The notes below the pieces were generated by a model, which ran no database searches, was not told the origin of the DNA, and was given only the letters and a program-made list of their open reading frames with translations. Below, in pieces: positions 25,427 through 39,153 of a stretch of DNA of 64,000 nt. This stretch comes from Utricularia gibba (Eukaryota > Plantae > Magnoliophyta), in the NCBI GenBank assembly GCA_002189035.1, contig CM007989.1, forward strand, positions 1,612,001-1,676,000. The letters are read 5' to 3'. Both the position numbers and the translations under genes were made by a program. Positions within the stretch are counted from its first letter, which is position 1. The number at the start of each line of letters is the position of its first letter.

Positions 25427-26191
25427 ATATTATGTAATTGAGTATGTATATATTTAATTATATATAACGTTTGATATTTGAAAATAGAAAATTAAATATA
25501 TGAATAGTATAGATATGATTAATCACTTCCTCTATTTTTGTATATTAATCATATACTCAAAAAATAAATATATAAATAATATTAATATCGATATACATAT
25601 ATTAGTTAATCAAAAAAACAGTATATATGTAAAGTTAAGTATAAATTTTCTATATTTAACTATCAAACACTATATTAATATCATAGAGTAAGATCTTATA
25701 TAAATAGTCTTTCATTTTTATTATTATCAAAATAATTTATTTAATTTTTTTATGCAGTAAAATGATATACGAAATACATTTTTTTTTCATATTTTAACTC
25801 TAGTATTTTTAATCATCAATATTTTAATAACTGACACAATTAATTATTATTTTTAAAAAAACTAAATATATTCTATCTTTATTATTTTCTATTGGGTAAA
25901 ATTGATCTTTGCGTTCTCCCATATTTAACAAACTTGATCTGGGGCAATGATTTAGGTTATCAAGAGGCCCAGTGGCATGTATGAAAAGGACACCTTGATC
26001 ACAAGTTTAGAACATATGGACACCAATACTCCACCACCCCAATCTAAAGGATCATTCCACAGGGAGTGTAGATGGTCACAGTCACAAGATAAGGGAATGT
26101 TGCAGCCTACAAGTCTGGTTGCTGTTTTTCTTTTATTTCCCAACAGAAAGACAAAAAAACAAACTTGGTCATGGGCCAAGGAAGCATCATC

Positions 26192-27324
26192 TCAGTGTTT
26201 ATGAGAATCACCTCCACCTCCCTTTGCTTTCTCTGCAGCTTCCCTCAACTGGCGCTGCTCCTCTTTGTAAACTCGGTTCCTGCGCTGGAACTGCAAGCAA
26301 ACGGTGTCCAACATTTCATTCCATGTGCTATGGTGATGGACAAGGAATCCATCGACAAGCAACACAAAAAGTGCATCAGAATTTAAGGAAATCGTGTTAG
26401 ACTAAAAGGCTTGAGTGCACAGAAGGTACCGACTGCTAAGGAATATGTTCCAATGAGGGAGGTGAATGTATGTAGGAAAACAAAATTAGTAAATGTGACA
26501 TGGTTAAGAAAAGCTGGGCTGAGAGAAGTATGACATATACAATGGATAGATTGTGAAGGCGTATGTGCACTGTTAAACATATAAGAAATCCTAGGTTTGC
26601 TGACTCCACTTTTTTAAGAATTGCCTTGCAATTCTCCATGCCTAATGCTAAACAAGCTATGAGTCTCCAAATTTTCCTACTTTGAATCCTAAAACAACAG
26701 CCCATAAGCTTGAATGGGTCTACTGAACAATAATATAGAAGAATCTCCAACGAAGACAAACGGAAGATATTAACTGTTACCAAGCTCAAGCAAAAGCTTT
26801 TAACTCATATAACGCATCCTCATTCCCCGAGAGCTAATGGGAACTTTTACTAGAATATCAACACTCAACAGACACATGGTTATGATTTTGCCTGCTAAAT
26901 AATACTTCGGGGTACTGTTAAATTTTGGATGCATAATATCATAACGTCAGGTAAGCCAAAACAGCCATCATAAACTAGCTCAACTCTCTTTCATTGATGG
27001 TAGGGCTACCCTTTCCCAAAATTTCCCAATTCCCAAAACATGGCATTCTTGAGACCAACTACAGATCCCAAATACTCCCAAAACTTAGTCCTTAATATCT
27101 ACAGATCATGAATTCAACCATATCACGGGAAATCCAATCCGCCAGCTCAATGAACGAGAAGAATCGAGCATTACCTCTTTTGAGTGATGGAGACACTCAA
27201 AATAGTCTTCACGGAGGAGGGTGCAGTCCTTGGGCTCACGGCAGCGCGACATACACTCACTAAAATCCATCCAGAAATCATGACAACGACCCTTGTTACC
27301 CGTAATTCCCCATCCGGATGCCAT
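26192..27324 (-). CDS. NDUFS5: Complex I subunit NDUFS5 (15 kDa, twin CX9C), 2 exons, 82 aa
   Basis: Exon 27324-27175 MASGWGITGNKGRCHDFWMDFSECMSRCREPKDCTLLREDYFECLHHSKE, exon 26290-26192 FQRRNRVYKEEQRQLREAAEKAKGGGGDSHKH*. Confidence 0.95.
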
Positions 27325-27822
27325 CTTCCGCTGCTCCCACACTACTCCGGATGATCCTTTCTTTGTCGGGGCTCTCCGATTTTCGCCCTTCGCCTGGTAC
27401 CAGTAAGAAAGAAAAGATATCACCAACGACGTATTATTGGGCCATTTCTTCTTGGTCCAAACACTTTACTAATTGGGCCATCATTTTCTGCATTAATAAA
27501 ATAATTTGAATAATAATGTATTTAATTTATTCGTATATGTATTATATGATCATAAATAAGACATTATTATATTCAATGAACATATTTAGTGTATATTAAG
27601 AAAAACAATAAAAACTCATTTGATTAAAAAAATTATATGAGATGAATTTTGATGAAAAAAAGAAATAAAATATATGTGAGCAGCACTCGTCTGGGGTTAA
27701 TCATGACATTTCACAACACATATATAGCAACCTTCTGCAACTCAAACAGGCGGAAAAGGCTACTTGGTTTCTTGAATACAGCCATGTTTACACGATAAAC
27801 AAACCTTCTTCCCAGGCGAAAG

Positions 27823-29908
27823 TCAATGGCCCCCTTCAGCACCACACAAGCACAGTGCGTGCCGCCAGGAGCTGCCACGCTTGTGCTCCTTCACGGTCTT
27901 GGGCGGTTTCTTCAGCACACCATTCGCGTTCATGGCGCCGGGGATGATGGTGGGATCTTCAGGAACGACGGCATGGAGGGCGTGTTTGTCCAGCCATGAC
28001 AGGATGTCTGAGAAGACGAGCTCTATGTTGTTATCGGGCTCCCCTGCTGTCAAGCTGTGCCACATCCCTGGATACATCTTCATCGTCTTGTCTGAACTCC
28101 CGGCTTGTTCGTAGAGTGCCCGGCTCACCTCTGGATCTGTCACGATGTCGGCTTCACCATGCAGCACGAAGAAGGGCAGTGTCACCTGTCAAACCAGTGA
28201 ATGAACCAGAGAGATTTTCATTTGATCCAGAGAATGAAAAGATCAGAAATTTTGAGTGTGTGTACCTCGTTCAGAGTATGCTCCAGGTTGATGCTGGTTC
28301 TGAGCATTTCTAGCGCAGTTTTTAGCCGTGGTTTCCCTTGATAAATCAGCTCATTGCTACGCACCTGCAATGAGAACATTTTTGTAGAAATATTGGCATC
28401 ATATATCAAGATCACACGGGAAACAGACTTTTCAAGTTTTGTGCCACAGTGCAGAAGCTTGATCAGTGCACCGCTTGTGGGCTAAGAAGTTCAGGTTTGA
28501 GGTTACCTCTTCTCTTTTGATGCGGTCTTTGAAGGCTGAATCGATGACATCTTTCGTGGGAACTATCTTCCACTTTGGTATCATATCTTCAACCAGAGTC
28601 AGCATGGCGATAACCACAGGGTGAGGCTTCACCTTCTCGGAAATCTAGTTCACAGGATGCAAAGAATCAGATGTACAATGTCGTACTCCTAATGGAATTG
28701 ATCACATTTGGCAAGTTTGAGACTCGCTGCTGTACAAGAAGCACCTTACACATGGGGGCTACGAGCACAGCTCCATCCCAGAAACTGGGGTCTTTCTTGT
28801 GTATCAGAAGGGCAACTGCGCCTCCCATTGACTCCCCGTACAAGAATCTTTTCTTTCCCTGGTTTTCTTCCAGAGCTGCAACACACAAACTCAATACATG
28901 GAACTCTTCCCGGACATTGGGTGGGTTTCAATCCCTTTCCTCGCCGGTTAATTAACATTCTGGTATGCTTTTATCTCTGTGAAACTCACCGGAAATGAAC
29001 TTGAAGTGCTCGGAGCAGTCGTTCACGATGCTGTCGAAGGCCTTGATGTAGCACCGGGCGCCTTTAGACCGGCCATGCCCTTCATAGTCTATCCCCATCA
29101 CAGCGTAACCATGGCTCGCCAGCTTCATTCCAACGGCTACAGAGCAGCAGCACCAGTCGAAATTCAAAACGAGTTTCTTCAATGAAAGCATCACATTACG
29201 CAGTTTGTGACTGCTGCAACATATTCTACTTTCTATTTCATGATACGAAGATATGCAGTTTCATGCAAAATTTCAAATGTCTCTGAAACAAAATAGGTCC
29301 AACTACAGCACATGCATAGCTAGTTTCCAAGGCGTCAGATTTGAATCTTGCTGAATTAAAACATGCCAAAGTATAACAAAAACAGCCACAGGAGATGGGG
29401 CTATCAAAAAGTTGAATTCTTGATGCATGCATGGGATTTTACCCATGGAAGTGAGTGAGTTCATCCCTCCAGTGTACTGAAACAAAACAAAGTACTGACC
29501 TCTCATGAAATTACTGCACTCCATTCCATAACCTGCAACAGCATTAAATCCATGCCGGTGAAAAAGTAACAGCAGGGAGGCAAACACAATTAATACACCC
29601 ACACACACACACACACACAGTAACAGAAGAAAAGGGAGGGAGTCTGAGACAGACCATGGCAGAGGAACACGAGAGCCTTCGGGGAAGATGGAGGCAGCCA
29701 TTTACAAGTGAAAAGCTCCACCCCCCGTGAATTCTTCACATACTCCTGCACCCAAAGTCGAAACCCAAATCCCATAATCCGGGAATCTTTCCAAGTTTCC
29801 AAGAATGTACAATCAAAATCCAAATTGGAGATACAAAAACAACTTTGGCCCCAGAAAAATTGGCTTCACAGCCCCCTACACACAAACCTCGTAGTAATCG
29901 AACTCCAT
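27823..29908 (-). CDS. Alpha/beta hydrolase, monoacylglycerol lipase / caffeoylshikimate esterase-like, 8 exons
   Basis: MEFDYYE|EYVKNSRGVELFTCKW...LVFLCHG|YGMEC, GIDYEGHGRS, nucleophile GESMGG, LHGEADIVTD, GMWHSL (Ser-Asp-His triad). Confidence 0.93.
29600..29619. repeat. (CA)10 microsatellite in lipase intron 2
   Basis: Direct read of CACACACACACACACACACA. Confidence 0.9.
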
Positions 29909-31884
29909 GCCAGTTGAGATGATGAACAATGCAGCAGCGCTTAGCTTGGGGGAGCCTTCCCTTGTCCCGATCCGCAAAGAAGAAGATAAACAGACAGAAG
30001 CTCTCCCTGCAGTGACTTGTGATCCGCGAGGAAGAACTGCAGCCTCAGCCCCAGGCAATTAATAAATACGCGTGATTGCTGGAAATGAATTCACCTCAAC
30101 TAATCTCTCCGCATGATTAAGTTGGCTGCCGCTGTATATAAAGATTGATTCTTACCCATTAAACCTCTATAATCTTGATTAGATCGTATTAAATAAAGCA
30201 GACCAAGTTGCAAACCACTCTTCATAAATTTATATATTTCAGTTTAAAATATATTTAAATAGTATTTTATTTAAAAATTATAATTTAATATAAATTTATT
30301 TAAAATATTACAACATAGATTCATATAATAGTTTTATATTCTAAATGATTTATAAAATATGACTAGTATATCATTTACTTTATTATTTCCAAAAAAAATT
30401 TAAAATATATATTCATTTTATACTATTAAAAATACATTAAAATTAATTGTGAAGTGATATCTCTATATAGTTTTAGTGTATCAAATGATGGGTTGAAATA
30501 AGAATAAAAGTAAATGATATGATTAAACATTAAATATTAAAAATCCATTCTTTTTATTGGAAAAATAAAAAATATATAATTTTTTTTATCACCAAAACAA
30601 GTTGTGAATACCTACCATTTTGGATTGTTATTATTAATTGGTTTTGGCCGTACATTAGTAATATTCTTGTCATGGGTAGTAACGGACTAATTTCAAACTT
30701 TAATTAAATTCGAGATTATCAAGTTATTTGAATACCCCATTTGACTAAATAATAATAATAATAAGAATATTTTAATAGATTATTAATGAAAATTGTAGGC
30801 TGTAGGTAGGTACTTGGTGTTCAATAATTGAATACTCATGGCGCCATCATTTACTAACATGTCAACTACCCAATACAACTTTTTAATTCAAATAAAGTTT
30901 AAGATAAATATTTTATATAAAAAAAATATTTTATATTTTTTAATTTTTAAAACCTAAATTTTCGATTATGATTTTTGAAAACTATTTTTTGATAAGTTTT
31001 TCTAATACAATAGAAGTTATGGTTGTGTAATCTTTTAAAAAAATGGGAAATGGGAAATATTTATAATTTTTTACTCGTATTTAGTAATAAGTTTATTTTT
31101 TTAAAATGAATATAGTATATATAAATTGACCTTAGTGCTTTTTAATTTATTAATAATTATTCGAAATTACTACTTTCAATAGTAGACAAAATATAATACT
31201 ATTGACATAAATGGAGTGTTGATAAGGAAGAGTCGTTCTCAACTCTTTTCAATGACAACAAAATTGCTAGATTTTTGTGCGTGTTTTTAAGGAGATTCGT
31301 TTTTTCAAGGTTTTTATAGTTCTAAGTATTGATGATGATTTACAAAACATGATAGATCGTATGTTATTTTTTTAACGTTGATGCCATTACGAAAAATGAA
31401 AAATGGATGATTTTGCAGTATGTTCAATTACATTATGATGGTTAGAAGCCCTAACACACCTCACACCACACCTTAAAATATAACTTTAAGTTCACGAGTT
31501 TGATAATAATATTTTATATTGGTTACAAATAAAGATTCTATTTATTTTGTATGAAATATTTTTTGAAAAGAGAAAACGTAAAATTATAAGAATTAGATGT
31601 ACCAAGAAAAAAAAATTGTAGAAGTCAAATATGAGTCATGCTGACCCAACAATTAGGGAAGTGTTTTGGGTGAATTACTAATAATGGATAATTGGAATGT
31701 TTTGGGGTGAGAAGCCGTGGGAATTGTTGTTTGATGTGGAGCAAAAGTCAAAGTGGTGTAGCAATTTCTGACTACGCGGTTGTCGCATTTCCCACCATAA
31801 ATCACAATTTGAAACGTCTCTGAGTTTCCCACTATAATAACGGCTCGTGAGAACGGTTGTCCATGATTGGGGAAGAAGGCCAGG

Positions 31885-34800
31885 ATGGCGACTGCGAGTA
31901 TCCCGCTTCTGGGGTGGTTTCAGTTTCTGATGATCGCAGCTTTATGTCTGGCTGCTCCTGCGCGTTCATCCGGGGCTGATTTGAGCACCGATGCATCGGC
32001 GCTTCTGGCCTTCAAATCCAGATTGCTGGATAAATCTTCTCTACCTGCTGGTCCTATGGCAACTCCTCTCTTGTTTGCAGTTGGACGGGAGTTTCATGCG
32101 GTTCTCGTCATCGAAGGGTTGTTGGCTTGGCTCTTTCAGGGATGGGGCTGTCGGGGAGTTTGCCTGCCGATGTGGGGAATCTTACGTTTCTAATGTCGTT
32201 GAATTTGTCGAATAATTTTTTAAGCGGAAGTCTGCCATGGGAGATGTCCCGGTTGCGGAGATTGAGATTCGTCGATTTGGGTGAGAATGAATTGAGTGGC
32301 GAGGTTCCTCCATGGATGGGGCAGTTGAACGAGCTTCGGATATTGCGCCTTTACAACAATTCCTTCAGTGGCCAGTTGCCTGGGTGGAGCAACGATGCAT
32401 CAAGGCTTGAGAGAGTGGCGTTGCAGTTTAACCAGATCGAAGGCATGATCCCAACTCCATTTTTCAACCTACCCAACTTGGTATTTCTCAATCTCTATGG
32501 AAACAAGATCTCTGGCTCCATCCCATCCCAACTCTGTTCAGGAATTCCGAATCTCAGCACTCTGATCCTGGCTATGAATCAGCTGGAAGGAGAGATACCC
32601 TCGAACATTTCCGCGTGTTCGTCGTTACGGCTCATCAATCTCGGAGGTAACAATCTAAGTGGTGAACTACCACGCAATCTTGGGCAATGGAAATCCCTTG
32701 AGATATTCATTGCACGCCAAAACAATCTACATGGGAACTTCCCAGTTGGTCTTTCAAATCTAACAAGCCTGCAGGGGTTCGATCTATCATACAATACAAT
32801 CACGGGAGTGATCCCGAAGGAGATGGGTAGCCTTAGAAATTTGGCGTACTTCTCAGTTGAATCCAATCGCATGGTAGGCGAATTTCCAATAGATATGTTC
32901 AACAGCTCGGTTCTCAGGCGATTTAGCATTGGTGGAAATGGGATTACCGGAGAACTTCCCCAAGCATTTTGTTCCATGACTCCTTTTATGGAGGAGCTAT
33001 ACTTGGGTGACAACAAGCTTTTCGGAGAGATTCCGAGCTCCATCTCAAACTGCTCTTATCTTCGAATTCTGGACCTCAGTGGGAACAGCTTCACTGGAGT
33101 AGTTCCGAATGCTATTGGCGAGTTGACGTTCTTAGAAATACTGAACTTGATGTGGAACAATCTTACCAGTGAATCATCTGAGTTTAGTTTGATCACTGCG
33201 TTAACGAACTGTAGAAATCTGCGGTTGTTGGGTTATCTACAAATCCCTTTTCAGCAAGTCTCCCGAGTACTGTTGGTAATTTGTCTACTTCTTTGGAGTT
33301 GTTTGAATGCAACACTTGTGGCCTTCATGGAACGATTCCGGTCGAGATAGGAAATCTCACCGGATTGCTACAACTAGAATTAGGAAACAATGAGCTGACA
33401 GGTTCCATCCCAAGCAGCTTGGAGAAGGTAGAGAACCTTCAGGCGTGGTCTTTGGCTCTAAACAATATAAGTGGGGCTATACCGGAGGCACTGTGTGGCC
33501 TGCACCGTTTGTATTTCATTGAGTTTTTTGGAAATCAGATTAGTGGGAGTATTCCCACATGCATTGGAAATTTTACATATCTGCGATACTTGAAAATTTC
33601 AAATAATAGATTGGAGTCCACCATTCCGCCAGGTTTGTGGCAACTTAGTGATATTCTTGAGCTGGACTTGTCTGCAAATTTCTTCACTGGCGCTCTCCCT
33701 ATTGATATTGGAAATCTAAAAAGTGTATATTTGGTAGATTTGTCTGAAAATCAGTTGTCAGGTTCGATTCCTGCTTCGATCGGAGATATGCAGGGTTTGG
33801 CTAATCTATCCTTAGCAAACAATGCATTTGATGGCACTATTCCAGAGCCTCTTGGTAACATATTGAGTTTGGAACGAGTGAATTTGTCTCACAATTACCT
33901 TTCAGGAGGTATACCACCATCCTTGGAAAAAATTTCAGCTCTTGTGTATCTTGATGTTTCGTATAATAACTTGAGTGGTTCAATTCCTTCAAGTGGCCCT
34001 TTTAGAGGCTTTTCTAGCCAGCTGTTTGAGTCAAACCAGGGGCTTTGTGGGGAACCTCGATATGGAGTTCCATTATGCACTTTCACCCAATATGGATCAC
34101 ATAGGCAAAGAACTCTTCTTATTATAGTGCTTGTCCCATCAATACTGATTGTGGCTTCAGTTGTGCTTTTCTTGTTATGGTGCTTGTTCTATAAGAGCAA
34201 CGGTTTACAGGTTCCTGAAAATAAAGAGTTGGATATAGTCCCAACTCGTGTATCATATTTTGATCTTGTTCATGCAACCAAAAGTTTTAATGAAGAGTGT
34301 TTGCTTGGCACTGGAGCATTTGGCACAGTTTATAAGGGAATTCTTCGAAATGGAAGCAGTGTTGCAATCAAGGTGTTCAATGTACAAATGGAACTCGCTT
34401 TGAGAAGCTTCGATTTGGAATGCCAAGTACTACGTGGTGTTCGTCATAGAAACCTATGCAAAGTTATCAGTGCTTGTTCTAATGAGGATTTCAAAGCCCT
34501 GGTGATAGAATACATGCCAAATGGGAGCCTTGAGAGGTGGCTTCATGGTGAAGATCAGTTTTTGAACATTTTCCAGAGATTTTCTGTAGTGATTGATGTT
34601 GCCTCTGCACTTGAATATCTCCATGAAGGTAACGTTGCTCCTATTGTGCATTGTGATCTAAAGCCAAACAATGTGCTTCTGGATGAGGATATGACTGCCT
34701 ACTTGAGTGACTTTGGAATTGCTAAGCTATTAGGAGATACGGATAGTTTTGTGCAGACTACTACTTTTGCAACAATAGGCTACATTGCACCAGGTAAACA

Positions 34801-35226
34801 AACACCTTCATAATTCGATAAATTTCTACTTATCAACAAACTTAATTAGTCTTTTTTTTCCCTATAGAGTATGGATCTGAAGGTTTGGTTTCAACAAGTT
34901 GTGACGTATTTAGCTTCGGGGTGATGCTGATGGAGGTATTCACAGGAAAAAAACCCAGTGGGGATGAGTTTGTAGGAGATCTAACATTGAGAAATCTGGT
35001 AAGAGACACCTTGCCCAATGGAGTAGCACAAATAGCGGATCCAAGGCTCTTGAGTCCTGGAGATGCAGACTTCAGTCTGAAGTTGAACTGCTTGGCATCA
35101 GTGATGGAATTGGCCTTGAAATGTTCCATGGAAAATCCAAACCATAGGTTGAAAATGAGTGAGGTTGTTGTGAGATTGAAACATATTTCAAGTCAGCTAT
35201 CAAATAATGTTCTGAGAAGAAGATGA
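31885..35226 (+). CDS. LRR receptor-like kinase, subfamily XII (EFR/XA21-like), non-RD, 2 exons, two apparent frameshifts
   Basis: Signal peptide, LRR N-cap (CWSYGNSSLVCSWTGVSCGSRHRRV), many LxxLxLxxNxLxGxIP repeats, transmembrane segment, kinase (GTGAFGTVYKG, VAIK, HCDLKPNN, DFG, GYIAPEYG). Intron 34794-34867. Needs +1 A at 32032-32034 and +1 G at 33230-33232. Confidence 0.93.
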
Positions 35227-35644
35227 ATGCGTTTGTATATTTAGTTGTATTTTCCATTGAAGTATTAAGTGCCTTCTTGAGCTTGTGAATGCGGAAACTC
35301 TTCCACTTGCCATCACTTCCTCTGCTCCTCTCGATGAGGTCCATTTATGGTAGCTCATCATCCTCATCTCCTTGATCATGCCATCAAAAGGTTTCTTGGG
35401 CAATGGCTTGGCAAGTACAGCAACACCTTGGTCTTCGGTGTCGCAGTGGAGGAGTTTTGTCTCCAAAATGGCTTCGAAGTCTTGTATAGATTGTGTTTGG
35501 TATTCCCATGGTGAACTGGATTTATATCATAACAACGATGGACTTTCAGTTACAAGCAATTATAGTGGATTTATTCATCCATGCTCCAAGTCATTCAGCA
35601 GCTTCCATGTCTAGAGAGAATTTGATCTATTAATGAACAGAGCA

Positions 35645-36987
35645 TCAACTAGATGTTGAGTCCTTGGCAAAGTGAAAGACTGTACAAAATAGTGCACTAA
35701 TCCCTGCAACTTGTTTCCATTTTCCAGTTCCAGCTCCGTAAGCTGCCCCTGCAATTGCACCTGCTGCAAATGTATTCACCTACATAAACCGGGATCAGTA
35801 TTAGGAGAGGTGGGCGGGGTGCAATGGCAACAACAGAGAATCTGTCTGGAACCTTTTACAATATTTTGACAGTGTTCTTTCTACCTTTTAGAACATGCGT
35901 CATCTCTACTAGGTAAATTTTCGACAAAGTACGGTAAAAATTTTCGACAAAGTATGTTCTTGACATCCTGGAAAGAAATAAGATGACTGACCAAATCATC
36001 TCGCTGGCGATATCTTTGTATACTGCAACGAGAAAAGCTAAAAATTGCAGCAAAAAATCCTGTACGTATAAGAAAAAACCAAGTTTGGCTTTGCAAGAAA
36101 AATTACAAACATCATGGAAGCTACTTTTAGTAGAGGATTCTGATGAAAAGGCTTCAAGTGTTCGGCTGACTTTTGGATGATGAAATACTGAAGCCGCATA
36201 AAAGACACTTGTTGAGAACACAGGTTAGTGTAAGATCAACCCCTTACCGCAAGAAAATCCATGTCTGCCAACGGATTTAAGCTGCATTCAGTGAAAAGCA
36301 CATAACCTAGTCATCCCTGAAGAAGTGAGCACCACAGACACGCATGGAACAACGAAAAAATTGTGAATATGGAGAACATTTGAGCATCTTACGATGAATG
36401 ACGCTCGAGAAGAGCCAATTAAACCTGCAAGTTTGTGTATTAAGAATAATCCATTAAAACCAGGAAAATTTTTATATTAAGCGCGTTTGAGAACGGTTGG
36501 TTCACAAGCATGACAATCTATAAGCCAGATTAAGGCAGAGAAAGAATCAAATAGTAAACCTGCTAGCTAAGGGCTTTCAGCACATGTTTTACTTCCAAAT
36601 ATTATCAGTATAACCAGCCAGAAAAGCCATGAAATCAATGGTTACACCAGTTACATCAAACATGAGACTTTACAATTCCATGATCAAGGAAACTTGTTCC
36701 AACGAACTCTCCACAGAACACAAATCAATAGCAAACACAATCTTAAAAGAAAAAGTAACGAAACTTACCCAGTTTTGTAGCTTCGTATGGCCCATAACAC
36801 GAACCCCATATCACACCCGCCTGCACCGGGGTGTATCATCATATAATTCCGTCCACAAAAGCAATACAAAAATGAAGCCCACGGCACTTGAAAAGCCAAG
36901 AAATTAGGCGCTTACAGTCCCAAGGCGAAGAGCTGAATCAACTGCGAGAGAAGCGCAAGGAACGGAGCCAGGGCCGCCTTCGTTCAT
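35645..36987 (-). CDS. OEP16-4: Outer envelope pore protein 16-4 (Tim17/22/23 family), 6 short exons
   Basis: Absent from the ORF track. Hand-spliced: MNEGGPGSVPCASLAVDSALRLGT|AGVIWGSCYGPYEATKL|GLIGSSRASFI|LKSVGRHGFSC|GFFAAIFSFSRCSIQRYRQRDDL|VNTFAAGAIAGAAYGAGTGKWKQVAGISALFCTVFHFAKDSTSS*, all GT-AG. Confidence 0.85.
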
Positions 36988-37235
36988 ATTTCCAACGGAA
37001 TCCTAATGTATTGGAGCCTAGCCTGCTTGCAGTGCTGCTAAATCATCGCGCCTCCTTAAACGCCGTCGTTTACACTTCAAATTGGGCTGGGCTCTGTGTA
37101 GAAAATGATTTGGGCTTTAACATTTACTTGGCTCATTTCTTACACACAAATGGAGCGTCCAATCAGACAAGTACTATAAGATCTCTGAAGCTGCAATCGA
37201 ACCCGTTATCGCTACATCAACTCATAGATTGATAA

Positions 37236-37266
37236 CATTTGTTACATTAACATGATGTAACAAATG
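37236..37266. repeat. 12-bp perfect inverted repeat with 7-nt spacer
   Basis: CATTTGTTACAT (37236-37247) and ATGTAACAAATG (37255-37266). Confidence 0.8.
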
Positions 37267-37536
37267 CAAGTTCGATCACAAACCAATGTAGAAGTTCGCC
37301 ATAAACGATGGGAGAAGTTTTGCAAGTTCCCCATTTCATTTTAATTGCTGTTAAGGTTTCCCCAACAGTTAGATTTTCATTGAACAAAATGGAGCTGGTG
37401 AAGTAGAAACAAGGGATGGAATTGGAGACACGTCCTGTTGCACTAAGTTTGATAAAAAAAAGTAGCGCCTAAAGACTTGATCAGACACCGAAAACCCTAC
37501 CCGTACAGAGTCCAGTCCAAAATTCAGCAACACAAT

Positions 37537-39153
37537 CTATTTTTTGGCGTAGGTGACCAGCATGGGATGGTCATCTGTGATCTTGAATCCCTGAAGGCTC
37601 TGCATTGCAACCGTTGACTGCATCTCGTTTTCGTATTCAACGAATGCGATCCCAGGTTTTGCTTCCACCATCCTGACTTCTTTAAATCCTTGCAACTGGC
37701 TGAAAAGCATTTGCAGCATCATAGAAGTTGTTTGATGGGGGAGATTTTGAATGAACAAGATGTTGTTTGGCGGGGCAGGTGCTTCCGGGGCAGACTTGGA
37801 ACCCATGTATTGTAGCCGAGATGACTGTTGCAAATGAACAACAAAATAAAGGATCATATGGATAGAATGTAATCTTGACAGGAGCACTTGTCTGCAAAGA
37901 ATCAAAACCATGCTCTAGAGATGGTGCTTCCAAAGGTACTTCGTGTTCAAATTGATCCCTATAACTGATAAAATCTCCCTTGAAAATTTTATAAGTTTGA
38001 AAAGCATTCATTCCAAAATGTTTTACATCTGCTTATTTTCAACATTTTTTGGGGAGCACATTGGTAGAGATATCCTCTTTGTTTCTACTTCTATGGGACC
38101 TTCGCATATGTTTTCATGATACATGACACCAACTAGCAAAAACATGAAGTAGAAAACATTCTGTATTCGAAAAATGGAAACTTACGGGAGGAGCACCACC
38201 AGGATACATGGCGTTGATACCACCCGAAGCATGATTACCATGGTGAGCATCCTTCTTCTTGCGTCCTGTATTTTCATTCATATGCCATAACAACCAGGTT
38301 ACAATACCTTCGTACGATGCAAAACATCAATATCAATGGCATGTCTTTACCTCTATCCTCATGCTTCCTTTTTTTCTCCCGAGGTACGAATGTACCATCA
38401 GCCTTAGCTATGACATCTGATTTTGTTTTCGCATACTGGATGCGCTATTCCACAGAGAAAATCCCCACTTAGCATTTACAGTTCAAGATAATAATAGCTT
38501 TTTACAGCCTCAGGAGAGAAATGCCGGTGTCTAAAACGAAATCACAACTCGAAGATGGGTTACACAAAATTAAAACAATGCAGAAATGTGAATCTCTAAT
38601 CACTTTTTCCAAGATTACCTCCTGAAATTAAACCTAGCTAATTCAAAGTCAGAGTGACAAACACCAAATTATGCGCAGATACTGAACTTGAATAAATACG
38701 TCGATAACTGAAAAATAGAAAACCACGGAGGAGGGAGTGACCACGAATAATAAATCACACAAGATGAATACCATTTGCTTGTCGTAAAATGGAAAGCCCT
38801 GCATCTGCCGAAGCGCGTTGCTGGCGGAAGAAACTTCCTCAAACACAACCCACGCTTGTCCATTGTGCTTTAGGGTTTTGAAAGCCAAAACCTCAAGTAT
38901 CTTCCCGAATTGTGAGAACACAGCGGTAAGCGATTTCTTCAGTTCTACACCAAGGTAAAAATAAAAAAGAGAGAAAAGAGAAAACCCCGAAAATCAAACA
39001 CCCGCACACGACAATCAAACTAGCAAGCGTGGAATGAACAGATAATGGCGTGAGATAGAAAATACCTTCAAGCTTGATTTTCTCATTTAGGTTATTGATA
39101 TAAATTGTCTGATTTGTCTGAACTTCGGCGGCGTCACTGGCAGCCTCAGCCAT
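37537..39153 (-). CDS. U1A: U1 snRNP protein A (two RRMs), 5 exons
   Basis: [34 protein letters not shown] (U1A-type, not the U2B'' ILDVVALKT pattern), [28 protein letters not shown]. Confidence 0.93.

Noticed and set aside
35200-35614. ORFs between the RLK and OEP16-4 stop codons
   Set aside because: No ATG-initiated frame with recognisable features; best explained as convergent 3'UTRs.
37300-37536. Vertebrate-style PIE autoregulatory element in the U1A 3'UTR
   Set aside because: No AUUGCAC/AUUGUAC pair on the sense strand; the one TTGCAC (37438-37443) is on the wrong strand.
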